Below are positions 29,422 through 40,577 of a stretch of 64,000 nucleotides of DNA, one piece after another. How positions within the stretch are numbered: position 1 is the first letter of the stretch; each line of letters opens with the position of its first letter. This DNA is from an uncultured delta proteobacterium (GTDB lineage: Bacteria; Myxococcota_A; Polyangia; Polyangiales; Polyangiaceae). Made by a program: the position numbers and the translations under genes. Location of the stretch: the NCBI GenBank assembly GCA_963850305.1, contig CAWKKR010000008.1, positions 1,728,001 to 1,792,000 of the forward strand, written 5' to 3'. Under the pieces are notes generated by a model. The model was not told where the DNA came from and did not search any database. It saw only the letters and a program-made list of their open reading frames with translations.

Positions 29422-31389
29422 GTGACCGTTAACGCCAATCCCCCAATGCGTTCGCGCATCTTGAACTTGTGGACCCGCGGTCGGGGTTGGGTCACCACGG
29501 GACCGCGGTCGCTCCTGCCATTCCTGTTCGCGCAAGCGACTCCGCTCGATCTTCGGATCGTCGGGCGTACGCTGTTCCACGCGGCGCTCGTCGGCGCTCT
29601 CGCGGGTCTCGCGGGTGCGGCGTTCTTCGGCGGGCTCGAGGCCGTGCAGCGGTTTTTCCTGGAGGACCTTGCGGGTTACGCCCCGCTTCGCGCGTACGGG
29701 CAGTCGTTCTCCAGCTCGACGCCTCATGTCTTCCGGCCGTGGCTACTCTGTCTGTTGCCGGCGTTCGGCGGACTCGCCTGCGGGCTGCTGACGCGGCTGG
29801 CGCCGGAGACGCGTGGTGGCGGCGGCGACGCGATGATCCGCGCGTTTCATCACCAAGGCGGCGTCATCCGGAAGCGGGTGATCTCGATCAAGGCGGTCGC
29901 CTCGCTTTTCACCCTCGGCACGGGCGGCGCCGGCGGACGCGAAGGGCCGACCATGCAGATTGGCGGCGCACTGGGCTCGCTCGTCGCCGATCTGCTCGGC
30001 TTGAGCGTGCGGGAGCGCCGGTTATTGCTCGTCGCGGGCGTAGCTGCGGGTCTGTCCGCGATCTTTCGCACGCCCCTCGGCGCGGCGCTCCTCGCCGTCG
30101 AAGTGCTCTACGAGGATGGGTTCGAGTCTGACGCGCTCGTGCCCGCGGTGCTCGCGAGCGTGGTCTCCTATTCCGTCTTCATCTCGATCTATGGCGAGAA
30201 CACGCTCTTCACGCACGCGTCGCACTTCACTTTCATCGCCGGACATCTGCCGCTCTACGCGCTGCTCGCGATTTTCGAGGCCATCATTGCGGCTTCGTTC
30301 GTCAGCGTCCTGCACAACGTTCATCGCATCTTCCGCGGACTGCCACTGCCGCCGTGGGCGCGACCCGCGGCTGGCGGCCTCATCCTGGGGATCTTCTGCA
30401 CGACCCTCGTCCTGATCGTCGGCTCCAAGATGCACCGCGAGGGCGGCGCCCTTGGCTTGTTCGGCGGCGGTTACGGTGGTGTTCAGGTCGCGATCTCCGG
30501 CGCGGCGTGGCTTCCGGTGGGGTGGGCGGGCGTCGGTTTACTTCTGTTCCTGTCCATCGCGAAGGTCATGGCTGCGTCGATCACCATCGGGTCCGAGGGC
30601 AGCGCGGGGGACTTTGCGCCATCACTCGCGATCGGGGGGCTCCTCGGTGGCGCCTTCGGCCGCGCGATGGTCCTCCTGACTCACGACCCGCGCCTCGACC
30701 CCGGGGCGTTCGCGCTCGTGGGGATGGGTGCCTTCTACGGCGGTATCGCGCACGTACCGCTCAGCGCGCTCGTGCTCGTGTGCGAGATGGCCGGAAACTA
30801 CGACCTGCTCGTCCCACTGATGCTCACGCAGGGCATCGTGTTCGTCGCGCTCCGCAATCGCGCGCTCTACGACGCGCAGGTGCCGACGCAGGCGGATTCG
30901 CCGGTGCACCGCGATGCCCTGGTGAAGGACGTTCTTGCGTCGAAGCGGGTGGAGGAGTTGATGACCACGGGTCGTCCGTACATCGACTTCCGTCCGCAGA
31001 CTCCGGTCTCCGATATCCTTGCTCGCGCGGGCCAATCGACGTGGCAGGACGTTTTCCCCGTCACCGACGACGCCGGCAAGATGATCGGCCTCGTGAGCTC
31101 CGCGGTATTCCCCGTGCTCGTCATGGAGCGGGAGGGGGTCGGTTGGGTCGTCACCGCGGACGTGATGCAGCCGCCCGTGTTCGTCAAAGCACACGACGAT
31201 CTGCGCCGTGCGGCCGAGCTCCTCTTGCAGAACGGTCTCCGCGAAATCCCTGTCGTCGATGAGGCGGGCCGGATCGTCGGGTTCCTCGACGAAGCCGAGG
31301 TCGCGAAGGCTTATATCCGGGCCTCCGCCATATCCGAGCGCCCGCCGGATTCCGTGCCGGTGGACGCTACCGCCGAGAACGGCAAATAG
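29422..31389 (+). CDS. ClC chloride channel/antiporter with CBS pair
   Basis: GREGPTMQIG, AIFRTPLGA, GDFAP and C-terminal CBS domains. Confidence 0.93.
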   Translation: MTVNANPPMRSRILNLWTRGRGWVTTGPRSLLPFLFAQATPLDLRIVGRTLFHAALVGALAGLAGAAFFGGLEAVQRFFLEDLAGYAPLRAYGQSFSSSTPHVFRPWLLCLLPAFGGLACGLLTRLAPETRGGGGDAMIRAFHHQGGVIRKRVISIKAVASLFTLGTGGAGGREGPTMQIGGALGSLVADLLGLSVRERRLLLVAGVAAGLSAIFRTPLGAALLAVEVLYEDGFESDALVPAVLASVVSYSVFISIYGENTLFTHASHFTFIAGHLPLYALLAIFEAIIAASFVSVLHNVHRIFRGLPLPPWARPAAGGLILGIFCTTLVLIVGSKMHREGGALGLFGGGYGGVQVAISGAAWLPVGWAGVGLLLFLSIAKVMAASITIGSEGSAGDFAPSLAIGGLLGGAFGRAMVLLTHDPRLDPGAFALVGMGAFYGGIAHVPLSALVLVCEMAGNYDLLVPLMLTQGIVFVALRNRALYDAQVPTQADSPVHRDALVKDVLASKRVEELMTTGRPYIDFRPQTPVSDILARAGQSTWQDVFPVTDDAGKMIGLVSSAVFPVLVMEREGVGWVVTADVMQPPVFVKAHDDLRRAAELLLQNGLREIPVVDEAGRIVGFLDEAEVAKAYIRASAISERPPDSVPVDATAENGK

Positions 31390-31408
31390 CGCCGCACGCG
31401 GAGGCCTT

Positions 31409-31951
31409 TCACGCGGCGTTCGCGACGTCGATGGTTCTGCCCAGGGCGGCCGCGAAGAGGCGGCGCGCTCGGAAGAGGCGGCTCATCACGGTTCCCGTGG
31501 GGACACCGAGCACGTCGGCTGCTTCGCGATAGGACAGCTCACGCAGATCGACGAGTTCGATCACCTCACGGGACTTCGTCGGAAGCGAGTGAAGCGCGGC
31601 GTGCATGCGATCGGATACGGACGATAACGTCGGCGGCGCGGCGGTTCTCGCGGTCAACGTGGGATCGCTGCCGAAGCGCTGGAGGGCCCGGCGCTCCCGC
31701 GTGCGGCGACGGCATCGGGAGATGAAGACGCTGTGGAGGATCTGGTTCATCCACGCGCGCAGATTCGTTCCGGGTCGAAACGTCGCCTCGAAGCGCAGGG
31801 CTCGAATGAACGTCTCCTGCAGGAGATCTTCGGCGTCGGGGCGGGAGCGCGTCAGCCGAAGAGCGCGGCCCTCGAGAGCGGGGATGAGCGCGGCGAACGA
31901 TTGGCGAAGCATCGCGGGATCGTCGTTCGAGTACGAAGCGAGCTGTTCCAT
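31409..31951 (-). CDS. ECF sigma-70 factor
   Basis: AEDLLQETF, GTNLRAWMNQI and LSYREAADVLGVPTGTVMSRLFRAR. Confidence 0.92.
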   Translation of the reverse strand: MEQLASYSNDDPAMLRQSFAALIPALEGRALRLTRSRPDAEDLLQETFIRALRFEATFRPGTNLRAWMNQILHSVFISRCRRRTRERRALQRFGSDPTLTARTAAPPTLSSVSDRMHAALHSLPTKSREVIELVDLRELSYREAADVLGVPTGTVMSRLFRARRLFAAALGRTIDVANAA

Positions 31952-32045
31952 GCGCGGGTCCCTCGCAAGTCGCGTGCCACGACCGGGCCCTCGATTTCAG
32001 CTCGCTTTTTAGCGCACGTCGCGTCTCGGAAGACGCGCGGCCGTG

Positions 32046-33590
32046 TCAATCTGGCATCGCATCGCGGGTCCGTGTCACCGCGGCAATGACGCGAGGGACC
32101 GCGTCCGCGATCTCGTGGGCGAGGAGCCCTCGATCCGCGCCGTCGTGCGCGAGCGACCAGTCCTCGCCGGCAACGCCGTGAACGTAAGCAGCGACGCACG
32201 CGGCGCGAAAAGGGTCGTGAAGCGCAACCATGAATGCTCCGGCGATGCCGGACAGGACGTCGCCCGAGCCAGCGGTGGCGAGGGCCGGCGAGCCGGAAGG
32301 GTTCACGACGGGTAGCTCGCCGGGCGCGCCGATGAGCGTGCGCATGCCCTTGAGGATCACGGATGCGCCAGATTCATCAACTGCCCGCGTCAGTGCAGAG
32401 AAGCGGTCGCTCTCGACTTCCGTCGTCGTGGTGTATAGGAGACGCGCCATCTCACCCGGGTGCGGCGTGAGGAGGAGCTTCCCTCTCGCCGTTCGAAGTT
32501 CCGGCAACCGACCCGAAAAATGCGTGAGCGCGTCCGCGTCGACGACGATCAGCCCCGGGTGTGACAGCACCACATGCTCCACGATCTGGCGCGCTTCCGC
32601 GTCCAGTCCCACGCCGGGCCCGATGACGACGGCATTCGCGCCGGCAAGGTTCTCGTCCAGTGAAGCCCGGAGCCGCGTCCGATCGAGCCGCGCGGTCATC
32701 TCTTCGAGCACGCGCCGATCGAGCGCCTCCGCGACCTCCGGCAACGCGCAAAGTGTGACGAGACCGGCGCCGGCGCGGAGAGCACCGCGTGCGACGAGCA
32801 ACGCCGCGCCAGTTCTGCCCGGCGATCCCGCGACGATCGCGACCTTGCCCGCCGCGCCCTTGTGTGTGGACACGGGCCGTCGCGAGAGCCACGCGGCGAC
32901 GTCCACGCGTTCGAGCATGCGGGCGCTCGAACCGGACACAGCCGGCTCCGGAATTCCGATATCGACGACGGAGACGCGTCCTGCACGCTCGGCGCCGGCC
33001 GACGTCGCGAGCCCGAGCTTCGATGCCGCGAAGGTCACGGTTTGATCTGCGCTCACTGCGACGCCCCGGGGTCGCCCGGTGTTCGCGTCGAGCCCCGATG
33101 GAACGTCGAGCGCGACTCGAAAGCCTTCCGCGCGGTTCATACGGCCTATCACCGACGCGAAAAATCCGGTTACGTCGCGATCGAGCCCGGTGCCGAGGAG
33201 CGCGTCCACCACGATCGTCGCGCGTGCGAACTCGTCGTCGAGCTCGTCGAGCGTCATGTCCAAACACTCCACGATGCGTCCGCCGACAGCCGCGAATGCG
33301 TCGTGATTCGCGAGCGCGTCGCCCACGAGCTTTTCGCGGCGCGAGGCGAGGAGCACGATGACGTCCTTGCCGGCCGCGAGAAGTCGCCGCGCGACGACCA
33401 AGCCGTCGCCGCCGTTGTTGCCGCCACCGCAGACGATCGCGACGCGGCCTGGCCGCCGGGCGAGCCGCGCGAGGACGATCTCCGTCGCGCCGCGTCCGGC
33501 GTTCTCCATCAGGACGAGACTCGGTACGCCTGCGTCGATGGCGCTTCGGTCGAGCGCCCGGACTTGCTCGCGCGAGAGAACGGGTTTCAC
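32046..33590 (-). CDS. nnr: Bifunctional NAD(P)H-hydrate epimerase/dehydratase
   Basis: LMENAG, GGGNNGGDG, DALLGTG, HKG, DADAL, TPHPGE and AGSGDVLSG. Confidence 0.94.
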   Translation of the reverse strand: MKPVLSREQVRALDRSAIDAGVPSLVLMENAGRGATEIVLARLARRPGRVAIVCGGGNNGGDGLVVARRLLAAGKDVIVLLASRREKLVGDALANHDAFAAVGGRIVECLDMTLDELDDEFARATIVVDALLGTGLDRDVTGFFASVIGRMNRAEGFRVALDVPSGLDANTGRPRGVAVSADQTVTFAASKLGLATSAGAERAGRVSVVDIGIPEPAVSGSSARMLERVDVAAWLSRRPVSTHKGAAGKVAIVAGSPGRTGAALLVARGALRAGAGLVTLCALPEVAEALDRRVLEEMTARLDRTRLRASLDENLAGANAVVIGPGVGLDAEARQIVEHVVLSHPGLIVVDADALTHFSGRLPELRTARGKLLLTPHPGEMARLLYTTTTEVESDRFSALTRAVDESGASVILKGMRTLIGAPGELPVVNPSGSPALATAGSGDVLSGIAGAFMVALHDPFRAACVAAYVHGVAGEDWSLAHDGADRGLLAHEIADAVPRVIAAVTRTRDAMPD

Positions 33591-33620
33591 GGGCTACTGG
33601 GAGGCGTCGTCGATGCGGAA

Positions 33621-36600
33621 CTACTGATCATTCGAGAACTCCCAATCGTACCCGAGGAGCTCCGCCTTCGGTGTCGGAAGCGACTCCCCGTTGGGGCCGT
33701 CCCGGCGCACGACGATGGTGTGGCGAGATGCCGTATCCTCGTTCTCGCGCGCGACGACGTTGATGACGTTGACGCCCGGGCTCAACGCGACGTCGAGTCC
33801 GAAGGCGAGCTTGGTCGGGTCGGCACTTTTCTTGTTGGACTGGTAGAAGACCTTACGGGATCCGACGAACACGTAGGTGTCGAGCACCTGATCGGCGTCC
33901 TGCGCCGTGCCCTCGATGCGAACGTGGTCGTCGCGGGATGCGAGCTTGGCCGGCGCGACCTGCAGGAGCGGCGGGGAACGTCCGAGGATCGGATCGAGCA
34001 AGACCTTTGCGTGCTTGCCTGGCGCGCTCTCGAGCGCCGCCGACTCGACGAAGCCGAACCGCGTGCCGCCGAGGTCCACCTTGGCGAAGTCCCCATACTT
34101 GCCGACTTCGGCCACGACGGACCCCTTCTTCAATTCGCCGATGACGCGGGCCGCGGCGAGCGGCTGCCCGCGTACCTTCGCGACCTTCGTGACATCGAGG
34201 ACGTCCTTTGCGGTCTCGATCGTCCAGCCAGTGCTCGCGACCGGTAAGGTCACCTTTTCGTTCGAAGCGACGCCGAGGTCGCGGTCGGTGATGCTGAGCT
34301 CGACCTTCACGAGGCTGTCCTTCAGGCCGTCGAGGACGTCGAAGGTGAACGCCACTTGCCGGATGTCGCCCGGGTTCATGTTCGAAATATCGAAGCGACC
34401 CGCGTGGAGCAGCAGGCCGTCCCCGGTGAGATTACGGATGTTGGCCTGCGTGTCGTATGATCGGCCCTGGCCGACGTTCTTCACGGTCAGGTACATGGTC
34501 GCGCCTTCGCCACGCGCGAGCTGCCCGTCTCCATTGCCGGGCCGGTCGTCCGCGATCTGATAGCTGTACGCGAACAGTGGCTGCGGAAGACTCTTCAGCG
34601 TCGGGCGAAACTCCGTGTCTGCCGGTGCCTCCCCGCCTTCCGCATTGAACCGGATCTTGACGATGTCTTGTCGGGTGACCGCGTTCATCGGCAAGCGACA
34701 GACACGCTGCGCGTCGTTCGGGACAGGGGTGGTCGAACCGGGCTTGTGTCCCTCGGTCTCACACCAGCCTAGGGGCGCCTTTGCCGTCACGGTCTTTCCG
34801 GGGTCGACGCTGTCCGAAGAGCAGCTCCTTCTCTTCGTAGTAGCCGCTGTCGCTCTTCGTCACGGCGCGCAGCTGGTAGATCGGGCAGGGCTGATTTGTT
34901 GGTGACCGCGACCTTCAGCGTCATGGGCTGCCCCGCCGTGACCGTGTCACCCGGGCGATCCGTCGTCACACTGACGTCGTAGTCCGTCCCCTTCGGACCG
35001 GTCTTGGTGTTCTTCGGCGCTGGCTCCCAGTCGATGCCGAGCTTCTTCAGATCCTCGCCGAGCGCGGCCATCTCCGTAGCCTGCGTTTTTTCGACGAATG
35101 GCTTGGCTGCCTGGTCTTCGTCCTGCCGGCGTCCTTCGGGCAGCTGCCCCACGAGGTCCCGTGCGAACCGCGTCGGGAAATCGAGGCGGAACTCGTCGTC
35201 CATGTCGCCGCCGCGATCGAGCTGTTCGAGCCGCTCCGCCACCGGTACGTCGTAGCGCAGCGTCATGAAAGGTTGCTCGGGCGTCGCGGTCTCGTTCGAC
35301 AGGCTCTTCATCAGATCCCGCTCGCGGGGGCGATGCTCGGAGCGGTAAAGGTCCATCTCGAGGGGGTCCGCGGTCATGCGATCGAGCTCGATGTCGGGCG
35401 TCACCCCGACGCCCTGGATCGAGACATCCCCCGGCGTCAGATATTGCGCGATCGTCAGCTTGAGCGCGGCCGAGCCCGCGATGTGCGGGAAGACGAGCTG
35501 CACGCTGCCCTTGCCGAACGTCGTTTCTCCGACGATGACGGCGCGATCGAGGTTCTTGAGCGCGCCGGCCACGATTTCGCTCGCGCTCGCGCTGGACGCG
35601 TTCACGAGGACGGCCATCGGGTAGTTCGGCTCGGTTCCACGACGCTGTGCGATCTTCTCGTCCCGTGGCTCGCTCCCGCCGACGGTCGCAACGATCACGC
35701 CGCGCTCGAGGAACTTGTCCGCGACCTTCGCCGCTTGATCGAGGAGGCCGCCCGGGTTGTCTCGCAGGTCCAGCACGAGCCCCTTCAGCCGCTGTTTCTT
35801 GTTGAGCGCGTCGAGCGCCTGGTCGAGCTCGTCGGAGGTGCTCGCCTGGAACTGCTTGATGCGGACGTAGCCGATACCAGGCGCGAGCTGTCGCGAGTCC
35901 ACCGACTCGATGTTGATCTCCTCGCGGACGAGCTCGAATGGCCTGGCGTTCGCCCAGCCGCCGTCCCCGTCGCGATGAATCCAGATGGTCACCTTCGACC
36001 CCGGCTTGCCGCGGAGGCGATCGACCGCGTCGTCGAGCGGCATGTTGAGCGTCGATTCGTTGTTGATCTTCACGATCCGATCGAGCCTCTTGAGGCCGGA
36101 GCGTCCCGCGGGCGTGCCTGGCATGGGCCGCATGATCGTGAGCATCTGATCCCGGATGGAGATGACGATGCCGAGTCCGCCAAAGTGCCCCGACGTCGAG
36201 AGGTTCATTTCCTCGAAGGCTTCGGGGCTCAGGAACACGCTGTGCGGGTCGAGCGTGCGGAGCATGCCGTTGCACGCGGCGTATTCCACCTCGCGGAGGT
36301 CGACTTCACTGCCCTTGAGGTGCTCTTGAAGGAACGCGAACACTTCGCGGAGCCGCGCCGACACGTCCCAGGGGCCCTGCACGTTGTCGACGCGGAACTG
36401 TCGCTCTTCGGTGTCCACGCGAACCGTGAGCGTCGGCGACCTCTCGTCGTGGAGGACGATGACCTGCGCGACCTCCTGCTGAATCTGATCGAGCGCGGAA
36501 AGAAACATGACGCGCGGCTTCACGCGTCGAGGGGTCCACGTACTTTTTCCGGATGAGATCCAGCGTATCGTTCACCGCCGCGAGGCGGGTGAGATCGTAG

Positions 36601-36752
36601 GCGGGCTTGTCGGTGCCGGGCGCGGTGACGGCTTGTGCTGCACCAAGCCCCTTCCAAAGTCCGCCGGTTCCGAAGTTGAGAGCCAGGTTGGTGGCCAGGG
36701 CGAACACGCCGAGGACGAACAGGGTGCGAAGGGCGCGTTCGATAAGGCGCAT
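33621..36752 (-). CDS. Long S41 carboxyl-terminal protease (deltaproteobacterial type), frameshifts near 36527, 34885 and 34810
   Basis: LDPHS, PDZ (GLGI), LDLRDNPGG, SASASEIVAG and TFGKGSVQ, plus C-terminal Ig-like/SH3-like domains, spread across consecutive ORFs. Confidence 0.85.
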
Positions 36753-36816
36753 CGCCGGGGAGTATAGGTCGCCCCGGGTCGCGCGACACGCTTCCCGAGC
36801 GCTGCCGTCTCCGGGC

Positions 36817-38010
36817 TCAGTCCGCGCCCAGCCGGCCTGCGGAGCCGGTGGGGGGCGGCGACGAAGCGCCTTCTTCCTCCGGCGTGCTGGTTTTTTGGCT
36901 GCTGCCGGGGTCGACCACTCGAACCTGCGGCGTGTTCCCGTCCTTTTCAATCGAATATCGCACGAGTGCCCGGAGGGCCTTGTTTCGTTCGACGTTGCCG
37001 AGCAAGAGCTTCACGTCCTCGTAGACCGACGGGTCCACCATGAGCGCGCCGAACGTCCCCTTGCCGGCACGAACCCCGTCCGTGATCTCGCGAACGTCGC
37101 GAGCGATGGCGTTGAGATCCCCCATGAGCTTCTGGCTCTCGTCGTCACCATACAGGACGCTGTGCGCGATGCCGTTGCCCGTCCGAACTCCGGCAAGCGT
37201 GCTCGCCAGCTCTCCGGCGGCGCGACCGAGCTGCGCGATGGCGTCCGTCGGTCCCTGTCCATAGACGAGGTCGTGCGCGAAGCCAGGACCCTGATTCACG
37301 CGCGCGACGGTCGCCGCCGCGCCGCCGAGCATCCGGTCCAGCTCGGTCGTCGCGTGCTGCATGTTCGCGACGGCTCCGGAAATCCGGTTTGCCTCCGCGG
37401 GGTCCCGGAGGAGCCGCGAGATGTAGCCGTCTCCATCGTCCACGGACTTGAGCAAATGGCTCAGCGACTTCACCGTCGTCTTCAGATCTTCTCGCACTTC
37501 GGGGTCAGCGAAGGTGTCGGTCGTCTTCTGCAGGTTGCTCATGACCGCGTCGGCCTTCTCGCTGATCGTGCTGAGCCGATCGGTGATGGCCGACAGGTCC
37601 TGCGGCGGCTCGCTCTTCATCGTCGCGCCCGCCGGGAGCTGGGCCTGGTCGGGGCTACCGACCTTGATGACGATCATCTTGTCTCCGAGGAGTCCCTTGT
37701 TCTCGATCGTCGCAACGCTGTCCGCGCGGATGCGCACGCTCTCCGAGCTCACGACGTCGAGCGTGACACGCAGCCTGTCGTCCTTCGGGTCTTTGCCGTA
37801 GCCCACGTGCCCCACCTGCCCGACGTCGAGTCCACCCATGCGCACCGGAGCGCCGCGGGTGATCCCCTGCACGTCGTCGAACACGGCGTAATATGTCTGC
37901 TTCGTCTCGAACGCGCGCCGCTCGTCGCCGATGAGGAACACGACGAAGCCAGCGGCGACGAGACCCGCCACGACGAAGGCGCCGACCTTGACCTCACGGG
38001 GCAGAGACAC
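36817..38010 (-). CDS. mlaD: MCE/MlaD family protein
   Basis: EVKVGAFV TM, GAPVRMGGLDVGQV, GLLGDKMI and a helical C-terminus. Confidence 0.9.
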   Translation of the reverse strand: MSLPREVKVGAFVVAGLVAAGFVVFLIGDERRAFETKQTYYAVFDDVQGITRGAPVRMGGLDVGQVGHVGYGKDPKDDRLRVTLDVVSSESVRIRADSVATIENKGLLGDKMIVIKVGSPDQAQLPAGATMKSEPPQDLSAITDRLSTISEKADAVMSNLQKTTDTFADPEVREDLKTTVKSLSHLLKSVDDGDGYISRLLRDPAEANRISGAVANMQHATTELDRMLGGAAATVARVNQGPGFAHDLVYGQGPTDAIAQLGRAAGELASTLAGVRTGNGIAHSVLYGDDESQKLMGDLNAIARDVREITDGVRAGKGTFGALMVDPSVYEDVKLLLGNVERNKALRALVRYSIEKDGNTPQVRVVDPGSSQKTSTPEEEGASSPPPTGSAGRLGAD

Positions 38011-38053
38011 GGGCTCGAATCTATAGCACTGCTTGGGCGAATCATGCCCGGGA

Positions 38054-38948
38054 TCAGGACAGCAGCCGCGCCCAAAGCGGTACCGTGACCAGGGATCCGA
38101 GGACGCCGTAGCCGACGAGCGCGGCCGAAAGCTCCGGAGCCAACCCCGCGAAGGCCGCCAACGCTCCGGCCGTGATCATCGGCGGCATCGCGGCTTCCAG
38201 GATCGCCACTCTGGCGGCGATTCCGGTCGCGCCGAGCACATGAGCGACCAGCAGCGCGACGAGCGGCGATAGAACCATCTTCACGAAGAGCCCGAACGCG
38301 AACGCCGCTCCCTCCGTCGGGAGGCGCAACTCGAGCTTCAACCCCACCGCGAACATCGCGAGCGGCACGAGTGGATCGCCGAGCCCCTTCAGGATGAAGT
38401 CGAGCCCGGCGGAGTGCCGGAACGGAATCAGCGCGACGAGCAAGGCGGCGAACGGCGGAAACGTCGCGAACGCGTAGACAGATGGTCCGAAAGCTCGGAT
38501 CATTTTCTCCGGAGAATCGCGCGACGACGACGAGCCCGTACGTCGCGACGATGAGGAAGCTCCCGAGCTGATCGTAGAGCACGGCGTATCGGATCGCGTC
38601 CGCGCCGAGCAGCGCGGTGAGCATCGGGAACCCGAGGAACGACGTGTTCCCGAGCGGCGCACACAGGAGCAGCGAGCCCGCGACGCCGCGCGACCAGCCG
38701 GCGCGTCGCGCGACGATGGTGATCAGGACGAAACCTATGCCGACGAGAAGCCACGGCGTCACCACGAGCACCGCGAGACCCGCCTTCGACGTCAGCGTCG
38801 GCAAGAGCCGCAGCACGACGGCCGGCAGGCACACGTAGATGACGAATCGGTTGACCGTGTCGGCCGCGTCCCGGGGCATCGCCCCGAACCGTTTCATCCC
38901 GTAGCCCGCGGCGAGCGCCGTGAGGATCAACGCGAACGCGGGGTTCAT
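38054..38948 (-). CDS. AEC (auxin efflux carrier) family transporter, frameshift near 38478
   Basis: NRFVIYVCLPA, GNTSFLGFP, PLAMFAVG and EAAMPP. Confidence 0.85.
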
Positions 38949-38951
38949 TCG

Positions 38952-39731
38952 TCAGGCGTTCAGCAGGGTCTCCACGTCTTCCTCGACCGGCGCGATGCCC
39001 TCGATGAAGTCGTGGATGCGGGGGTCCTTGGACGCGCGGAAGTCATCCGGGTGGCCCGCGCAGATGATGCGTCCGCCGTGAACCATGGCCATGTCGTCGC
39101 TGACCGTGAAGGCGCTCTTCATGTCGTGGGTCACGATGATGCTCGTGATGTTCAGCTTCCGCTGAAGCCCGGTGATGAGATGGTTCACTCGCGCCGTGTT
39201 GATCGGGTCGAGCCCCGTCGTCGGCTCGTCGTAGAGCACCACCTCGGGCCTCACGGCAATCGCGCGCGCGAGCGCGACGCGCTTTTTCATGCCGCCGGAG
39301 AGGTCCGCCGGCCACATGTCCTGGATGCCCGGCAGACCCACGAGATCGAGCGCCCACGCGACGCGCTCATCGATCTCCGCGCGGCTCATCTTGTAACGAA
39401 AATGCTCGTCCAGGCCGTACGCGACGTTCGCGCGTACGTCGAGCGAATCGAAGAGCGCGCCTCCCTGGAACAGCATCGCGATGCGCTGCCGCAGGATGGC
39501 GAGCTCCGCGCCCGTCATCGTCGTCACTTCGCGCCCGTCGAACGTCACGGAGCCAAGATCCGGCTTCAGCAGACCGATGAGCATCTTCAACATGACGCTC
39601 TTCCCGACACCGGAGCCGCCGACGATGGTGAGCGCCTTGCCGCGCATGATGTCCAGATCGAGCTGCGAATACACCACCTTCGGTCCGAACGCCTTTCGCA
39701 CGCCTCGAAACTGGATGAGGGGTGCGTCCAT
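38952..39731 (-). CDS. mlaF: MlaF-type ABC transporter ATPase
   Basis: GGSGVGKS, LFQGGALFDSL, LSGGMKKRVALAR and DEPTTGLDP. Confidence 0.9.
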   Translation of the reverse strand: MDAPLIQFRGVRKAFGPKVVYSQLDLDIMRGKALTIVGGSGVGKSVMLKMLIGLLKPDLGSVTFDGREVTTMTGAELAILRQRIAMLFQGGALFDSLDVRANVAYGLDEHFRYKMSRAEIDERVAWALDLVGLPGIQDMWPADLSGGMKKRVALARAIAVRPEVVLYDEPTTGLDPINTARVNHLITGLQRKLNITSIIVTHDMKSAFTVSDDMAMVHGGRIICAGHPDDFRASKDPRIHDFIEGIAPVEEDVETLLNA

Positions 39732-39819
39732 CCGCGGGAGTCTACCCGGGAGCACCGGGCCTGCGCACGCTCGAAGGAGCGTTCGGGACGCCCCGTGCGC
39801 CGGGTGAGCTCGATTGGCT

Positions 39820-40506
39820 TCATTCTGCAATCGCGGCTTCCGCCGATGTCGTCTCGGTGCGTTCTTGCCCGGAGACTTCGAGCGTTCGTGCCCGCGCCGC
39901 GCGCTTGGCGGAGAGCTCGACGCCCACGGCGGAGAAGCCGTGCTGGTTCGCGACAGCCAGCATCGTGCCGATGCCGCAGAACGGATCGACCACGACGCGG
40001 CACGTGGTGAATGCGGAGAGGAAGCGACACGTCGCATGACACGCCTCGAGCCCCATCGCGCGCGACCACGTCATTTTTCCGAGCCGAGGCAGGACGTCCG
40101 GGGTCGACTCTTTCGGAGCGAGCCTTCGCGTTCGGGAGAATCCGAGCAGGTGCGCGTACGCGGGACGTCCAAACGTCGTGACGCCCGCGGGCGCCCGGCA
40201 GACGACTTTGTGGAATAGCAATCCCGTGCCGGCTTTCTCGGCGCCGAGCTGCACGAGGAATCCCTTGTCCACCCAGAGGCCGTCGCGCTTCACGTCGGTC
40301 TGAAAGAAAATCGCGACGGCTTCGTCCGCCAGGGCGTCACAGACGAGGGCCGCCGTGTCGGCAAACCAGCCGCGCCACGCATCGAAGCTCGTGTGTGGCA
40401 GTTCCGAGCTATCGGGCAGGGACGTCACGATCGCGTGATCCGACGGCAATCTCCCTCGCTCGAGCCAGGCGATGCCGTCTCCGTGATGGACGATTCTCGA
40501 GGGCAT
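39820..40506 (-). CDS. SAM-dependent methyltransferase, beta-class N4/N6 DNA-methylase-like
   Basis: N-terminal HGDG...IVTSLPD and C-terminal VVDPFCGIGT...GVEL. Confidence 0.65.
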   Translation of the reverse strand: MPSRIVHHGDGIAWLERGRLPSDHAIVTSLPDSSELPHTSFDAWRGWFADTAALVCDALADEAVAIFFQTDVKRDGLWVDKGFLVQLGAEKAGTGLLFHKVVCRAPAGVTTFGRPAYAHLLGFSRTRRLAPKESTPDVLPRLGKMTWSRAMGLEACHATCRFLSAFTTCRVVVDPFCGIGTMLAVANQHGFSAVGVELSAKRAARARTLEVSGQERTETTSAEAAIAE

Positions 40507-40577
40507 CGGCGCTTGAACCGGTGCGCAGACGATAACACGGGCGGGGGGCGCGACGCGACGCGCGTGCGCATTCCCGG

